NCBI GenBank assembly: GCA_963662275.1
Contig: OY759316.1
Span: 3,840,001-3,904,000 of the forward strand
Direction: 5' to 3'
Length of the DNA stretch: 64,000 bases
Source: Candidatus Cloacimonadales bacterium
Lineage (GTDB): Bacteria > Cloacimonadota > Cloacimonadia > Cloacimonadales > DAONDQ01
Shown here: one piece after another, positions 31,646 through 41,028 of the stretch
How the letters are laid out: each line of letters opens with the position of its first letter
Position numbering within the stretch: position 1 is the stretch's first letter
Position numbers and translations under genes: made by a program
The notes under the pieces: model-generated
Database searches by the model: none
Told to the model about the DNA's origin: nothing
Seen by the model: only the letters and a program-made list of their open reading frames with translations

Positions 31646-32098
31646 TTAAAATCCTTCTGCGTCACTATAGGTAGTTCTACACATGTATGTATTCAAATTG
31701 ATATTCATCTGCACCATTGGTCTCTTTCCTGATTTAGCTTCATGTCCTAATCCTTTCAGGATGAGCACATCATTCTCCAGTCCGACAACAATAAAATCAC
31801 CATTCTCTGAAGTTGTCCCATAGTTACCGTTATAGGGACCTCCTCGAAAAGTCTGAAAACCAATTGCGAGAGCGATATCGCCAGCCCTGATATGCCTGAT
31901 TTCTGCACCAGCACCGCCTTGAGAAGTAGGAGTTTTCCAGTATTGAACACTTGCCTTTACATATTGCTGCATTTCATTGGCAACTGTTAATCTGTTGGCA
32001 TTATAAGCTTGATTTTGGAATACGAAAAAACCAACTGAAACACCGACTCCAACGATGATAACAGAAAGCACAATGACTAACATCTGTTGAGTTCCCAT
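31646..32098 (-). CDS. Pilin-like protein (class III signal peptide-like N-terminus)
   Basis: MGTQQMLVIVLSVIIVGVGVSVG followed by an amphipathic helix and Y..P...GG; AGGAG RBS. Confidence 0.55.
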   Translation of the reverse strand: MGTQQMLVIVLSVIIVGVGVSVGFFVFQNQAYNANRLTVANEMQQYVKASVQYWKTPTSQGGAGAEIRHIRAGDIALAIGFQTFRGGPYNGNYGTTSENGDFIVVGLENDVLILKGLGHEAKSGKRPMVQMNINLNTYMCRTTYSDAEGF

Positions 32099-32470
32099 TT
32101 TTTCTCCTACTATTTCTATGAAAATAATTATATATTAAATACAATCTGTGAGATGATGATCATCTCGAAATAAACTTTATTATTAACGTCATACTTTTAT
32201 ATCAAAATTAACTAATTCTTAAAATTAAATAAAAGTATGACTAATCCTTAATCCGGTCAGTATCACATATTCAGAAACGCCTGCATTGTCATAATTTAAT
32301 TACATTAATAATCTCTAATGACATCACTTCCCATACACGAAAATTTAAGGAGTTTTGTTCCAGTCGTAACAGCCACAGGGCGTTAAGAAATTATTATCTA
32401 AAAAAATACTTTACTAGTGTAAGTATATAGCATATCAAGTTCCATAATCAGGAATAGGAGGAATTTTTTT

Positions 32471-33247
32471 ATGTCGACTCTAAAAATATGGTCATGGAAT
32501 GTGAATGGCTTAAGAGCTTCCCTGAAAAAGGGATTTTTAGATGCAATCGAGAAAGAGAAACCGGATATGATTGGCATCCAGGAAACAAAGCTGCAGGAAG
32601 GACAGATTCCCATTGAAATCGCTGAGCATAAGGATTATCATGCTTTCTGGAATCATGCTTCCAGAAAGGGTTACTCAGGGACTTTGTTGCTGACGAAGAT
32701 TGAACCAAAACAAGTTTGGCAGGTAATGAACATTCCTGAATTGGATAGTGAAGGACGCATCGTTGCTGCTGACTTTGGTGATTTCCTGCTCTATAATGTC
32801 TATTTTCCTAATGGTCAGATGAATGATGAACGACTTCAATATAAGCTTCGTTTTTATGATGCTTTCATACAGCATATTGCTAAATTAAAAGAAGAAGGTA
32901 AAAATGTCATCATATGTGGTGATTATAATACAGCCCATCATTCAATTGATTTGGCAAATCCTAAGCAGAATGAAAACTATTCCGGTTTCTTGCCGATTGA
33001 AAGAGAACGGCTCGATACTCTTGAATCTCTTGGATATGTCGATACTTTTCGCCATTTTGATAAGAGTCCCAATCAATATTCCTGGTGGACATGGCGGGTG
33101 AATGCCCGGGAAAGGAACATTGGCTGGCGGATTGATTATTTCTTTGTGAATAAAGAATACATGGCGAAAGTGCAGAATGCTTATATCCGCCAGGATATCA
33201 TGGGTTCAGATCATTGCCCAGTCTGTCTAGAGATTGAAATCTCTTGA
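32471..33247 (+). CDS. xth: Exodeoxyribonuclease III
   Basis: SWNVNGLRA, QETK, YFPNG, GDYNTAH, GWRIDY, SDHCPV. Confidence 0.96.
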   Translation: MSTLKIWSWNVNGLRASLKKGFLDAIEKEKPDMIGIQETKLQEGQIPIEIAEHKDYHAFWNHASRKGYSGTLLLTKIEPKQVWQVMNIPELDSEGRIVAADFGDFLLYNVYFPNGQMNDERLQYKLRFYDAFIQHIAKLKEEGKNVIICGDYNTAHHSIDLANPKQNENYSGFLPIERERLDTLESLGYVDTFRHFDKSPNQYSWWTWRVNARERNIGWRIDYFFVNKEYMAKVQNAYIRQDIMGSDHCPVCLEIEIS

Positions 33248-33279
33248 AGTTCGAAGTACGAAGTTCGAAGTGCGAACTT
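33245..33279 (+). repeat. CGAAGTN heptamer repeat between xth and the DUF2207 gene
   Basis: TGAAGTT CGAAGTA CGAAGTT CGAAGTG CGAACTT; the first unit contains the xth TGA. Confidence 0.85.
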
Positions 33280-33283
33280 CTCT

Positions 33284-34978
33284 TCATCCTGCGCTGCTTC
33301 CACCTCCACCACCACCGCCGCCTCCATCGCCTCCACCACTGAAACCGCCACCACTAGAACCATCAGATGAAGGTGAAGAAATCGAAGATAGAATGATAAA
33401 AGGAGCAAAGGAATCAGTTGTATTCGGATCACTTTCTAACCAGACAGCACCTACATCAACACCACTCTTTTTGAAATAGGTCACCCATTCCCTGCCCAAA
33501 GTCATGACAAGGGCGAAGGGGAAGATGCGATTAAAATCATCGGCAGTGCCATTGATCAGAGGTTCTTTCATCATTTTACGAAGGTATTTAGTGTAAGTTT
33601 TCCAGGATGCCATTTCCATCATACCTGCATCAGTATAAACTCTAGTTAATGCAGCTAACATGAGAAAGAGATTTCCAATGAAGAACATTCCAATGAGTGA
33701 GATGATACGAATAATGCCAAAATTGCTTAATGATGTTAAAAAGGCTATAAAGAGCAAAAAAGCTCCGAATATTACAAGCAATCCGGTTATTACAAGCTTC
33801 TTTCTTTTAGCCATCTGGAAAGGATCAAGAAATCCCTCCTTGATCAACGCATCCTCGAAAGTTCGTTTCAAATACTTGGATTTGGATTGGATGATCTTCT
33901 GCATATCGAGTATTTTGATTGCACCCGGTCTTGGTGGATTACCAAACACATATTCAATAATCGCTTGTTCGGTTGGTGTTAATTCCACTTGGTTTTCAAC
34001 ATATTCAAAGCTCATACTTCCGTTAGTTTCATACCATTTTTGTTTTGGAAGACTCTGAATTTTAACAACACCACGTTGGGCAAGATTCACTAAAGTGGCA
34101 TACACTGGAGTCAAAATGATTTCTGATCCATTGATAAGACGACTCAGTAAAGCAGGTTCCAATGAAGAAGGAAGATCTTCGTAAATGACTTCCTCGCCAA
34201 TAATTCTTTTGTCCAATGTTTCTTTTCTTAATCCGATAATGACCCAGAAAACAAAGAGAGAAATAAATAGCAGGAAAATAGAATAATTCATCATATTCTT
34301 CTTGCTATTCATTCCGTGTGTATGGGAGATTAGATTCTGTTTTTTAATATGTATAAGATTTTCCGGAAAACTAAAATCTACCCTTTCCAAAGTATTGGGA
34401 GATAGGTTTGTGTATTCATATACGAAGAGGCTATCTCCAAAAGCAGTCGGTGACTGGTTAGTATTTCCGCTAAAGGAAATTTGTGAAAGTAGTATTTCCT
34501 TGGGTAAATGAACTTTCACAATTGCCTGGGAGATTGGATATTCATAATTGGAAGGTAGAGGCTTCCACTGGAATCGTAACCTGTTATTTTCAAATGCATA
34601 TACCCCATAGACAAGATATTGGAACGCGAAAGAATGAGTCTCATCTATCAGAGGAGTGTAATACCATTTCAGATGCAAACCGTCTTCTTCAGAAATAGTA
34701 TAATAATTTGGCAGGGTAGATTCAGTAATTTGCTGCCCATCCATTGCAGCGCCAGCAAAGATGAGTTTATCCACTTTGGAATCAGGGACATCTCGAGTAA
34801 CAAAATGAAATGGACCACCTGTAAATTTAAAAACAACTTCCTCATTAACACTCATAGAACCATCGTTATTCAGATACAGATCTACGAAGTACTTTTCAGC
34901 TTCATAAGATTTAACGATAGCTCCATGACAAAGTGAAATCAGTAGTATCAGGATGATCAAAGAAAACCATTTGCTCAT
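33284..34978 (-). CDS. DUF2207-family membrane protein
   Basis: DGSM.V.E N-terminal domain, ATLVNLAQRG, FPFALV, Gly/Ser-rich tail GGGFSGGGDGGGGGG. Confidence 0.85.
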   Translation of the reverse strand: MSKWFSLIILILLISLCHGAIVKSYEAEKYFVDLYLNNDGSMSVNEEVVFKFTGGPFHFVTRDVPDSKVDKLIFAGAAMDGQQITESTLPNYYTISEEDGLHLKWYYTPLIDETHSFAFQYLVYGVYAFENNRLRFQWKPLPSNYEYPISQAIVKVHLPKEILLSQISFSGNTNQSPTAFGDSLFVYEYTNLSPNTLERVDFSFPENLIHIKKQNLISHTHGMNSKKNMMNYSIFLLFISLFVFWVIIGLRKETLDKRIIGEEVIYEDLPSSLEPALLSRLINGSEIILTPVYATLVNLAQRGVVKIQSLPKQKWYETNGSMSFEYVENQVELTPTEQAIIEYVFGNPPRPGAIKILDMQKIIQSKSKYLKRTFEDALIKEGFLDPFQMAKRKKLVITGLLVIFGAFLLFIAFLTSLSNFGIIRIISLIGMFFIGNLFLMLAALTRVYTDAGMMEMASWKTYTKYLRKMMKEPLINGTADDFNRIFPFALVMTLGREWVTYFKKSGVDVGAVWLESDPNTTDSFAPFIILSSISSPSSDGSSGGGFSGGGDGGGGGGGGGSSAG

Positions 34979-34994
34979 ACCGCCTCCAACTTAT

Positions 34995-36023
34995 TTATTT
35001 ATCATCTGCTTTCTTTTTAAAGGGATTCAGCTCCACCTTACCGGTAAAATCAATCGTCTTGGATAAATCGACATCGGCAATATTGAAATTCAGTTTCCCC
35101 TGGCATTCATAAGTGAACTCCTGCGTAAGAGCAGATCGAATACTGGAACTGATGGCTTTCCAGTTATCCAGGGTAAAGATAATATCCCCTTCAGTTTTAA
35201 AAGTATCCTCCGTAAGAATGAGTTTTTGTCTTAAATTACTCTTACCCGCTTCATGACCGTTGAGTTTCAAGATTGCAGGAAAGCTGTTCAATGTGAGGGC
35301 GAGACCATATGGATTGTATACCATGAAATGTACTGAAAATTGAGTTTCACTAAAAGATATATATTCTAGCTTGGTTTTCGTTATTTGAACAAAATCCCCT
35401 CCATCTATCTTAGTTGAGCTTCCTTTTCCACCCTTTTCGTTGAAAGCTTCTGTCAGATATTCTTTTACCGGCATTTCAATACGCTTCTCAAAATGTACAA
35501 CTTTCCCAATACCCAAAGCTTTCGCATGAGTAGTTCCTGAAATTTGAAAGACAACATTATTCTTTGCCCGTGTGATCGTCTTGGCAACTTTACGTGTTTC
35601 CATGTGAATCACCAGGTTGATCATGGTTGTATCTTTCGGTATTAAAATGATCTGTGAGACAGGTTCGATAAAGCCAATGAGTTGCCTGTTTTCATTCATG
35701 ATTTTAATATCCAGGTTTTTCAAAACAACTTTATAACTATTCGGATTACTTGCCATTAACGGTAGTGTAAGTTCTGTATCATCAATTGTCAAACTCACTA
35801 AATGAATATCTCCATTAGTGATTGTGGGAACTTGGAATACTTTTTTGCATGAAGTCATGGTCATTACAATCAAACATAATAGACAGACACGGATCATGAA
35901 ACTGACCTGGCTGTTACTTCTTTTGAACCATAAAAGAAACGGCATATTTGATATTCTGTTCATTCTTTCCATCCTTAATGAGATGAATTTAGTTTTTTCT
36001 TGCACATATCCAATAGGATACAT
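34995..36023 (-). CDS. LEA type 2 / WHy domain lipoprotein (two repeats)
   Basis: Lipobox MTSC; two NPN/NPY motifs. The true start is probably downstream of 36023. Confidence 0.7.
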   Translation of the reverse strand: MYPIGYVQEKTKFISLRMERMNRISNMPFLLWFKRSNSQVSFMIRVCLLCLIVMTMTSCKKVFQVPTITNGDIHLVSLTIDDTELTLPLMASNPNSYKVVLKNLDIKIMNENRQLIGFIEPVSQIILIPKDTTMINLVIHMETRKVAKTITRAKNNVVFQISGTTHAKALGIGKVVHFEKRIEMPVKEYLTEAFNEKGGKGSSTKIDGGDFVQITKTKLEYISFSETQFSVHFMVYNPYGLALTLNSFPAILKLNGHEAGKSNLRQKLILTEDTFKTEGDIIFTLDNWKAISSSIRSALTQEFTYECQGKLNFNIADVDLSKTIDFTGKVELNPFKKKADDK

Positions 36024-36117
36024 AAATTATTAATAATGATTATCAAAAATGAAATAAAAACAGTCAAGAGAATTAAATGCTGGAAAACAGCAAATCTGTT
36101 GTCTTATCAAAACAGGA

Positions 36118-36639
36118 GTGTGTATGGATGTTTCCAAGTTTGAAATGATCCTGTTGGATAACGAGAAACGTATTTACCATTATTTACTAAAATTTGTAAG
36201 ACATACAGAAGATGCGGAAGATTTATTGCAGTCAGTTTTCATCTCCTTTTACAGTAAGATGGAGGATATTGATGAAAAGGCTGCTGTATCTTACTTATAT
36301 AGAGCTGCTCATAATAAGGCAATAAATCATCTAAAAACGAACAAGCGATACGTAAATGCAGATCCTGAGAAATTTGACCGTATCCCCGCACCTTCTAATT
36401 ATGTACCCACTAACCCTCGTGAAGTAATCCTGCTCCAGGCAATTCGCGAATTACCACCTAAACTGGCGATGGTTATCAATCTACAATCTTATGAAAACAT
36501 GAGCTACAAAGATATTGCCGTTCATATGAAAACAACTGTCTCTGCTGTTGAATCCCTGCTAACAAGGGCAAAGAAGATTTTACGAAAAAAAATAATGCAG
36601 GAAATGAAAAAAAGGGGTGTCTCCTCAAATGAAACTTAA
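36118..36639 (+). CDS. ECF RNA polymerase sigma factor
   Basis: DAEDLLQ (region 2); SYKDIA...AVESLLTRAK (region 4). Confidence 0.92.
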   Translation: MCMDVSKFEMILLDNEKRIYHYLLKFVRHTEDAEDLLQSVFISFYSKMEDIDEKAAVSYLYRAAHNKAINHLKTNKRYVNADPEKFDRIPAPSNYVPTNPREVILLQAIRELPPKLAMVINLQSYENMSYKDIAVHMKTTVSAVESLLTRAKKILRKKIMQEMKKRGVSSNET

Positions 36640-36705
36640 TTATTTAGTTCTGATTTACAAAATGAAAGAAATAGGTAAATGTACTTTTACCAAGGAGAAT
36701 GAATC

Positions 36706-37128
36706 ATGAGATGCTATTCGATCCGTAAGAAACTGATCAGCTATGCGGACGGAGAAGGTCAAGCTTCTATAAGGGAAGCTATTGCCCTGCATCTGGAAAA
36801 GTGCTCCTTATGCCGTCATGAACTGATGGAGATTCAATCCTTGAATACTTTACTAAACAAACCACAACTTCCGGAAGTACCCTCACACATTCACGAGAAA
36901 ATAATGTTTGAAATCAAGAATGATACCCGAAAGAAACAGATTCATAAAGGATTGCGCTGGAACCTGGTACCGGTTGCCGCCAGCTTGGTGATATCCCTCT
37001 ATTTTGGTATCTTTCTCGGAACGAAGACCATGCCGCTCACAGTAGCAAAAATGGAAATCTCTTCCCTTGATTTCGGACAACAGACACTGTATGCAGAAGA
37101 AGACAGCCAGGAGAATTCAAATGAGTAA
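36706..37128 (+). CDS. zf-HC2 anti-sigma factor
   Basis: HLEKCSLC (HxxxCxxC) and one TM helix. Confidence 0.9.
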   Translation: MRCYSIRKKLISYADGEGQASIREAIALHLEKCSLCRHELMEIQSLNTLLNKPQLPEVPSHIHEKIMFEIKNDTRKKQIHKGLRWNLVPVAASLVISLYFGIFLGTKTMPLTVAKMEISSLDFGQQTLYAEEDSQENSNE

Positions 37129-37666
37129 GAAATTACTGTTCATCATTTTACTGATATCCCTGGCATTCAACCTGGCTTTTATTGGTTCATTCCTCTACTG
37201 GCGTCATCAGTTCAGATGTGATTATATGAAAGGTCCAAATCATAGAGAGATGATGGAAAACCGAAACAGACATGGTGATATGATGCACCACAGAAACGGA
37301 CCTGATGATGACCAGCCACCGCCACCTCCCGGTTTACGCCGAGGTGATATGGGTTGGATGGGAAACAAAAAGATAGTCGAACCATACCGTATAAAATTCG
37401 ATGAAAGTAAAGTGGAATTCTTCAAAGCATTGCAACAACCGGTTGTTAACGAAGAAGTCCTGAAACAGAAACTGCAAACCAGTCTCCAAAATCATACGGA
37501 ACTGGAAAAACAGATAGGCTTGCGGCTGATCGAAATGAGAAAGAAAATGACAGCTCAACAAGCGAATGAGTTCTTTGGGAGGCATGCCAGAAATGCTATG
37601 AGACACGATAAAGATATTCAAGATAGACAACCAAAAAATACACAGGAAAAAAGGAGAACACAATGA
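37121..37666 (+). CDS. Periplasmic heavy-metal sensor / Spy-like protein
   Basis: LLISLAFNLAFIG N-terminus, His/Met-rich segment, MTAQQ (LTxxQ-like). Confidence 0.75.
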   Translation: MSKKLLFIILLISLAFNLAFIGSFLYWRHQFRCDYMKGPNHREMMENRNRHGDMMHHRNGPDDDQPPPPPGLRRGDMGWMGNKKIVEPYRIKFDESKVEFFKALQQPVVNEEVLKQKLQTSLQNHTELEKQIGLRLIEMRKKMTAQQANEFFGRHARNAMRHDKDIQDRQPKNTQEKRRTQ

Positions 37667-38238
37667 AAAAGCACGCAATACTGATAACCGTACTGTTATT
37701 CCTCATCGTCATGGCTTTCGCTGTCACAGGGAAAGATAAGGAACAAGATCCAGGTCAAATGAAGATGGAGCGACCGATGATGAAAGATGGAATGGGACCT
37801 CATCAAGGTATGCAGGATATGCTGAAATTGACTGATGATCAAAAAAAACAAGTACAAACTATCATGACCAGCCACAAGAAAGATATGAATACTATGAAAG
37901 CTGATCTGGATAACCTACAAATCGATAAACAGAATCTACTTTCACAACAGAAATTTGATGAAGCCAAAAACATCGTAGACCAGATCAATGCCAAACAAGC
38001 CCAGATGGAAAAAAGTGGTATCGATTGCCACAAACAAATGTGGAACATACTTACTGACGACCAGAAAAAAATAGCTAAGGAAAACAAGATGGGTCCAGGC
38101 ATGGGAATGATGGATGGTGATCGTCCTGGTCCTGGTGGCAAGATGGGTCCAAAAGGTATGAAAGGACACAAGATGGGTCAGAAAGGCATGGAAGGTTGTG
38201 ATGGTAATTGCGATATGCCTGGGAAAAATTGTAAATAA
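37663..38238 (+). CDS. Spy/CpxP family periplasmic chaperone
   Basis: Signal peptide, two LTDDQK motifs, Met/Gly-rich ends. Confidence 0.88.
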   Translation: MKKHAILITVLLFLIVMAFAVTGKDKEQDPGQMKMERPMMKDGMGPHQGMQDMLKLTDDQKKQVQTIMTSHKKDMNTMKADLDNLQIDKQNLLSQQKFDEAKNIVDQINAKQAQMEKSGIDCHKQMWNILTDDQKKIAKENKMGPGMGMMDGDRPGPGGKMGPKGMKGHKMGQKGMEGCDGNCDMPGKNCK

Positions 38239-38273
38239 GTTGAGAGCATAAGCATAATAACGCTGACCCCCTG

Positions 38274-38301
38274 GCGGATGTCGAAAGATGTCCGCTTTTT
38301 T
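38274..38301 (+). terminator. Rho-independent terminator
   Basis: GCGGATGTC-GAAA-GATGTCCGC followed by T6. Confidence 0.8.
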
Positions 38302-38341
38302 GTTGTGGAGCATGATCTGATCATGCTGAAAAGATCTATAT

Positions 38342-38418
38342 GTAGGGATAGACCCACGTGTCTATCCTTCTTTCTTCAAATGCCTTTTATCTGGATAGAC
38401 ACGTGGGTCTATCCCTAC
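38342..38418. repeat. Inverted pair of GTAG-type REP elements
   Basis: GTAGGGATAGACCCACGTGTCTATCC (38342-38367) and its exact reverse complement (38393-38418); third copy at 46809-46834. Confidence 0.88.
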
Positions 38419-39515
38419 TTAATCATGTCATAGAAGATATTCACACCAGATTCAATACAATCCTCATCAGGCAAAAACTTGGAAGAATGAAGACCGGACT
38501 TCTTGATTCCTCCGCCCAGCCAGAATAGTAAACCGGGATAAAGGCTGGTAAAAAAGCCAAAATCTTCACCAGTCATGGCTATTTCAGCTTCCTGGTAACA
38601 ATAGCCAGCTATATATACTCTTTCCACTAATTTGTTGCATAACTCAGCGTTATTGACCACAGGATCATAATTACTCAGCCAATCAAGTTCATAAGTCATT
38701 TCGTAGAGTGAAGTCACATGAGATATGGTTTTTTCAATCAGATCATTCATCTGATCATGATTCTGTTTTGTGAGTGTCCGGTGAGTTCCTTCCAGGACAC
38801 AGGTTTCAGCAACCGCATTACAAATACGTCCTGCTGTCAAATGACCCACATGGAAGATCACTGGTTCCACTGGTGAAAATAGCCGTTGAATGGAACTATG
38901 CATCAGGTTGAATATTTGTATCCCAGCCATTAATGCATCTTTCCCTTTTTGGGGGAATGCTGCATGAGCTGCCTGACCATGTATAGTGACAGAGAATTCC
39001 TGGGGTATGGCAAATATGATACCTGCCTTAGAGGATATGGTTCCAACGGGTAAATCACAAGTGACATGCAAAGCATACGCTTCAGTGATTTGAAATTGGG
39101 TTAGGATATTTGTGCTGATGATTCTCTCAGCACCACCTTTCCCTTCCTCAGCAGGCTGAAAAAGAAAGACCAGGTTCTGGTTTGGCTTTTCCCTAACAAC
39201 CTTGTCCATCAAACCAAGAAGAATTGCCATATGAATATCGTGACCACAAGCATGCATCCATCCCTGGTTTTTGGATTGAAATTCACAATATGTCTCTTCC
39301 GTAAATGGCAAAGCATCCATATCTGCACGGAATAGTTTGTAACTACCTTCATTCACTTGATAAGTAGCAACTATTCCTGGAAATCTGAAAGTTGAATATT
39401 GAATCCCTTCCATTTTATCGAGATATGAACATATCAGCTTTTGTGTTTCCCATTCATGAAAAGCCATTTCGGGTATCTGGTGCAATTCACGACGTATCTT
39501 TTTAAGATCTAACAT
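38415..39515 (-). CDS. M20 amidohydrolase, probable N-acetyldiaminopimelate deacetylase
   Basis: RRELHQIPE, RADMDALP, MHACGHDIH, QPAEEG, GEDFG; located behind asd. Confidence 0.8.
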   Translation of the reverse strand: MLDLKKIRRELHQIPEMAFHEWETQKLICSYLDKMEGIQYSTFRFPGIVATYQVNEGSYKLFRADMDALPFTEETYCEFQSKNQGWMHACGHDIHMAILLGLMDKVVREKPNQNLVFLFQPAEEGKGGAERIISTNILTQFQITEAYALHVTCDLPVGTISSKAGIIFAIPQEFSVTIHGQAAHAAFPQKGKDALMAGIQIFNLMHSSIQRLFSPVEPVIFHVGHLTAGRICNAVAETCVLEGTHRTLTKQNHDQMNDLIEKTISHVTSLYEMTYELDWLSNYDPVVNNAELCNKLVERVYIAGYCYQEAEIAMTGEDFGFFTSLYPGLLFWLGGGIKKSGLHSSKFLPDEDCIESGVNIFYDMIK

Positions 39516-39523
39516 AAAATATC

Positions 39524-40489
39524 CTATTCTGCAATGTATTTCAGAATTCTTACAGCGTTTGTCGCAGCGCCCAAGCGAACATTATTTCCAACATTCCAGA
39601 AGACGATTGACTTTGAATCAACACCATAGCGCAAACGGCATACGTGGCTGTCATTGGAATCCTGCAATTCAAGGGGTGTAATATATCCATCTTGATAAAA
39701 CAAGACTGATGGGCTGCTGGATAGTATTTGGGCTGCTTCATCCAAATCAATTTCCTGTTTGAATTCAGCATATACATTCTCAGCATGTCCATAGAATGTA
39801 GGGACACGAACTGTCGTAGCACATACCGGAATATCATTGCGACCTAATATCTTGTTCGTTTCCAAGTACATTTTTTTTTCTTCTTCACAATATCCATCGT
39901 CTAAAAAAGCTCCAATTTGTGGAATCACATTCAGATCGATACGCTTTGGGAAAGGACCGAATGATGAATCACCCATTCTTTGCTGTTCTAAAGCAGATAT
40001 CCCTTTATGACCTGCACCTGAAACTGACTGATAAGTTGAAACAATGACTTTGTTCAATCCATAGCGTTTATCAAGGGGACTTAGTGCCAGCAGCATTTGG
40101 ATTGTCGAGCAGTTTGGATTGGCGATAATTCCTCTATATCCAGCTAAAATGTGAGCATTGATTTCAGGTACCACGAGCGGAATAGATACATCTCTGCGAA
40201 AAGCAGAGGAATTATCAATAACAGTATTACCTGCTCCCGCTGCAATCGGGGCAAAAGTATATGCTACATTCCGGCCTGCTGAAAACAAGAGGGCTGTATA
40301 ATTATCGATCATTGCTTCTTTAGTCAGAGCTTGTACTGTAATTGATTTTCCATGGAAAGGGATAAGCATACCTGCTGAACGAGTGGAAGCAAACAAGCAT
40401 AGTTCCGAAACAGAAACATTCAGTTCTTCCAAACACTTCACCATCATACGCCCGACTTCTCCGGTCGCACCAACAATTCCAATTTTCAT
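39524..40489 (-). CDS. asd: Aspartate-semialdehyde dehydrogenase
   Basis: GATGEVG, DNSSAFR, ANPNCSTIQ, TYQSVSGAG, RVPTFYGH. Confidence 0.96.
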   Translation of the reverse strand: MKIGIVGATGEVGRMMVKCLEELNVSVSELCLFASTRSAGMLIPFHGKSITVQALTKEAMIDNYTALLFSAGRNVAYTFAPIAAGAGNTVIDNSSAFRRDVSIPLVVPEINAHILAGYRGIIANPNCSTIQMLLALSPLDKRYGLNKVIVSTYQSVSGAGHKGISALEQQRMGDSSFGPFPKRIDLNVIPQIGAFLDDGYCEEEKKMYLETNKILGRNDIPVCATTVRVPTFYGHAENVYAEFKQEIDLDEAAQILSSSPSVLFYQDGYITPLELQDSNDSHVCRLRYGVDSKSIVFWNVGNNVRLGAATNAVRILKYIAE

Positions 40490-41028
40490 AATCCATCCTG
40501 ATTTGTATCAGTTGCTACTCTACCGATCAAACCATATTCTCGAGCTTTTTGTAACACATATTCAGAATCCTGACAACGCTCTAATAAATCATAGTTGTTT
40601 TCAAAGCCCTTAATTCTATTTAAAGAAATACTTCCTTGATCAATTTCATCTACCAGTAAAGTGGGAAAAAAGAATAAGCTAAAATTGTTATCTTCAAGAG
40701 GTTCAATACCGATAACTACATCAGATGTAATAGCTGATTGTCTATATGTTTTAATTCCTGATTTATATGTACAATCGACACCACCCCTTGTGCCACCAGT
40801 GAAGGATAATGCTGTTTTGGATGTTTTTACCTGTGCTCTAATTATTTCTTCTTTATTATCATTTTTTTTCATTACTATTATAATATCGTATGTTGATAAA
40901 GGCAGATCAACTAAAGACACATTTTGATATTTTTTCATTAAAAGTCCAACAACAATATGTTCGTGTGCAAACCCATCCACAGAAGCTTGAAGACCAGAAT
41001 TCTCATCCGGTGATAAAAATCTATTCAT
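40486..41028 (-). CDS. Putative PD-(D/E)xK restriction endonuclease
   Basis: G..HE helix, YDIII...RAQVKT (QxK variant); overlaps the stop of the methyltransferase gene. Confidence 0.6.
   Translation of the reverse strand: MNRFLSPDENSGLQASVDGFAHEHIVVGLLMKKYQNVSLVDLPLSTYDIIIVMKKNDNKEEIIRAQVKTSKTALSFTGGTRGGVDCTYKSGIKTYRQSAITSDVVIGIEPLEDNNFSLFFFPTLLVDEIDQGSISLNRIKGFENNYDLLERCQDSEYVLQKAREYGLIGRVATDTNQDGL

Noticed and set aside
32100..32470. c-di-GMP or other riboswitch upstream of the pilin-like gene
   Set aside because: I could not find the conserved motifs by eye; an Rfam scan would be needed.
33234..33479. Proline-rich plus-strand ORF
   Set aside because: It is the antisense shadow of the Gly/Ser tail of the DUF2207 gene.
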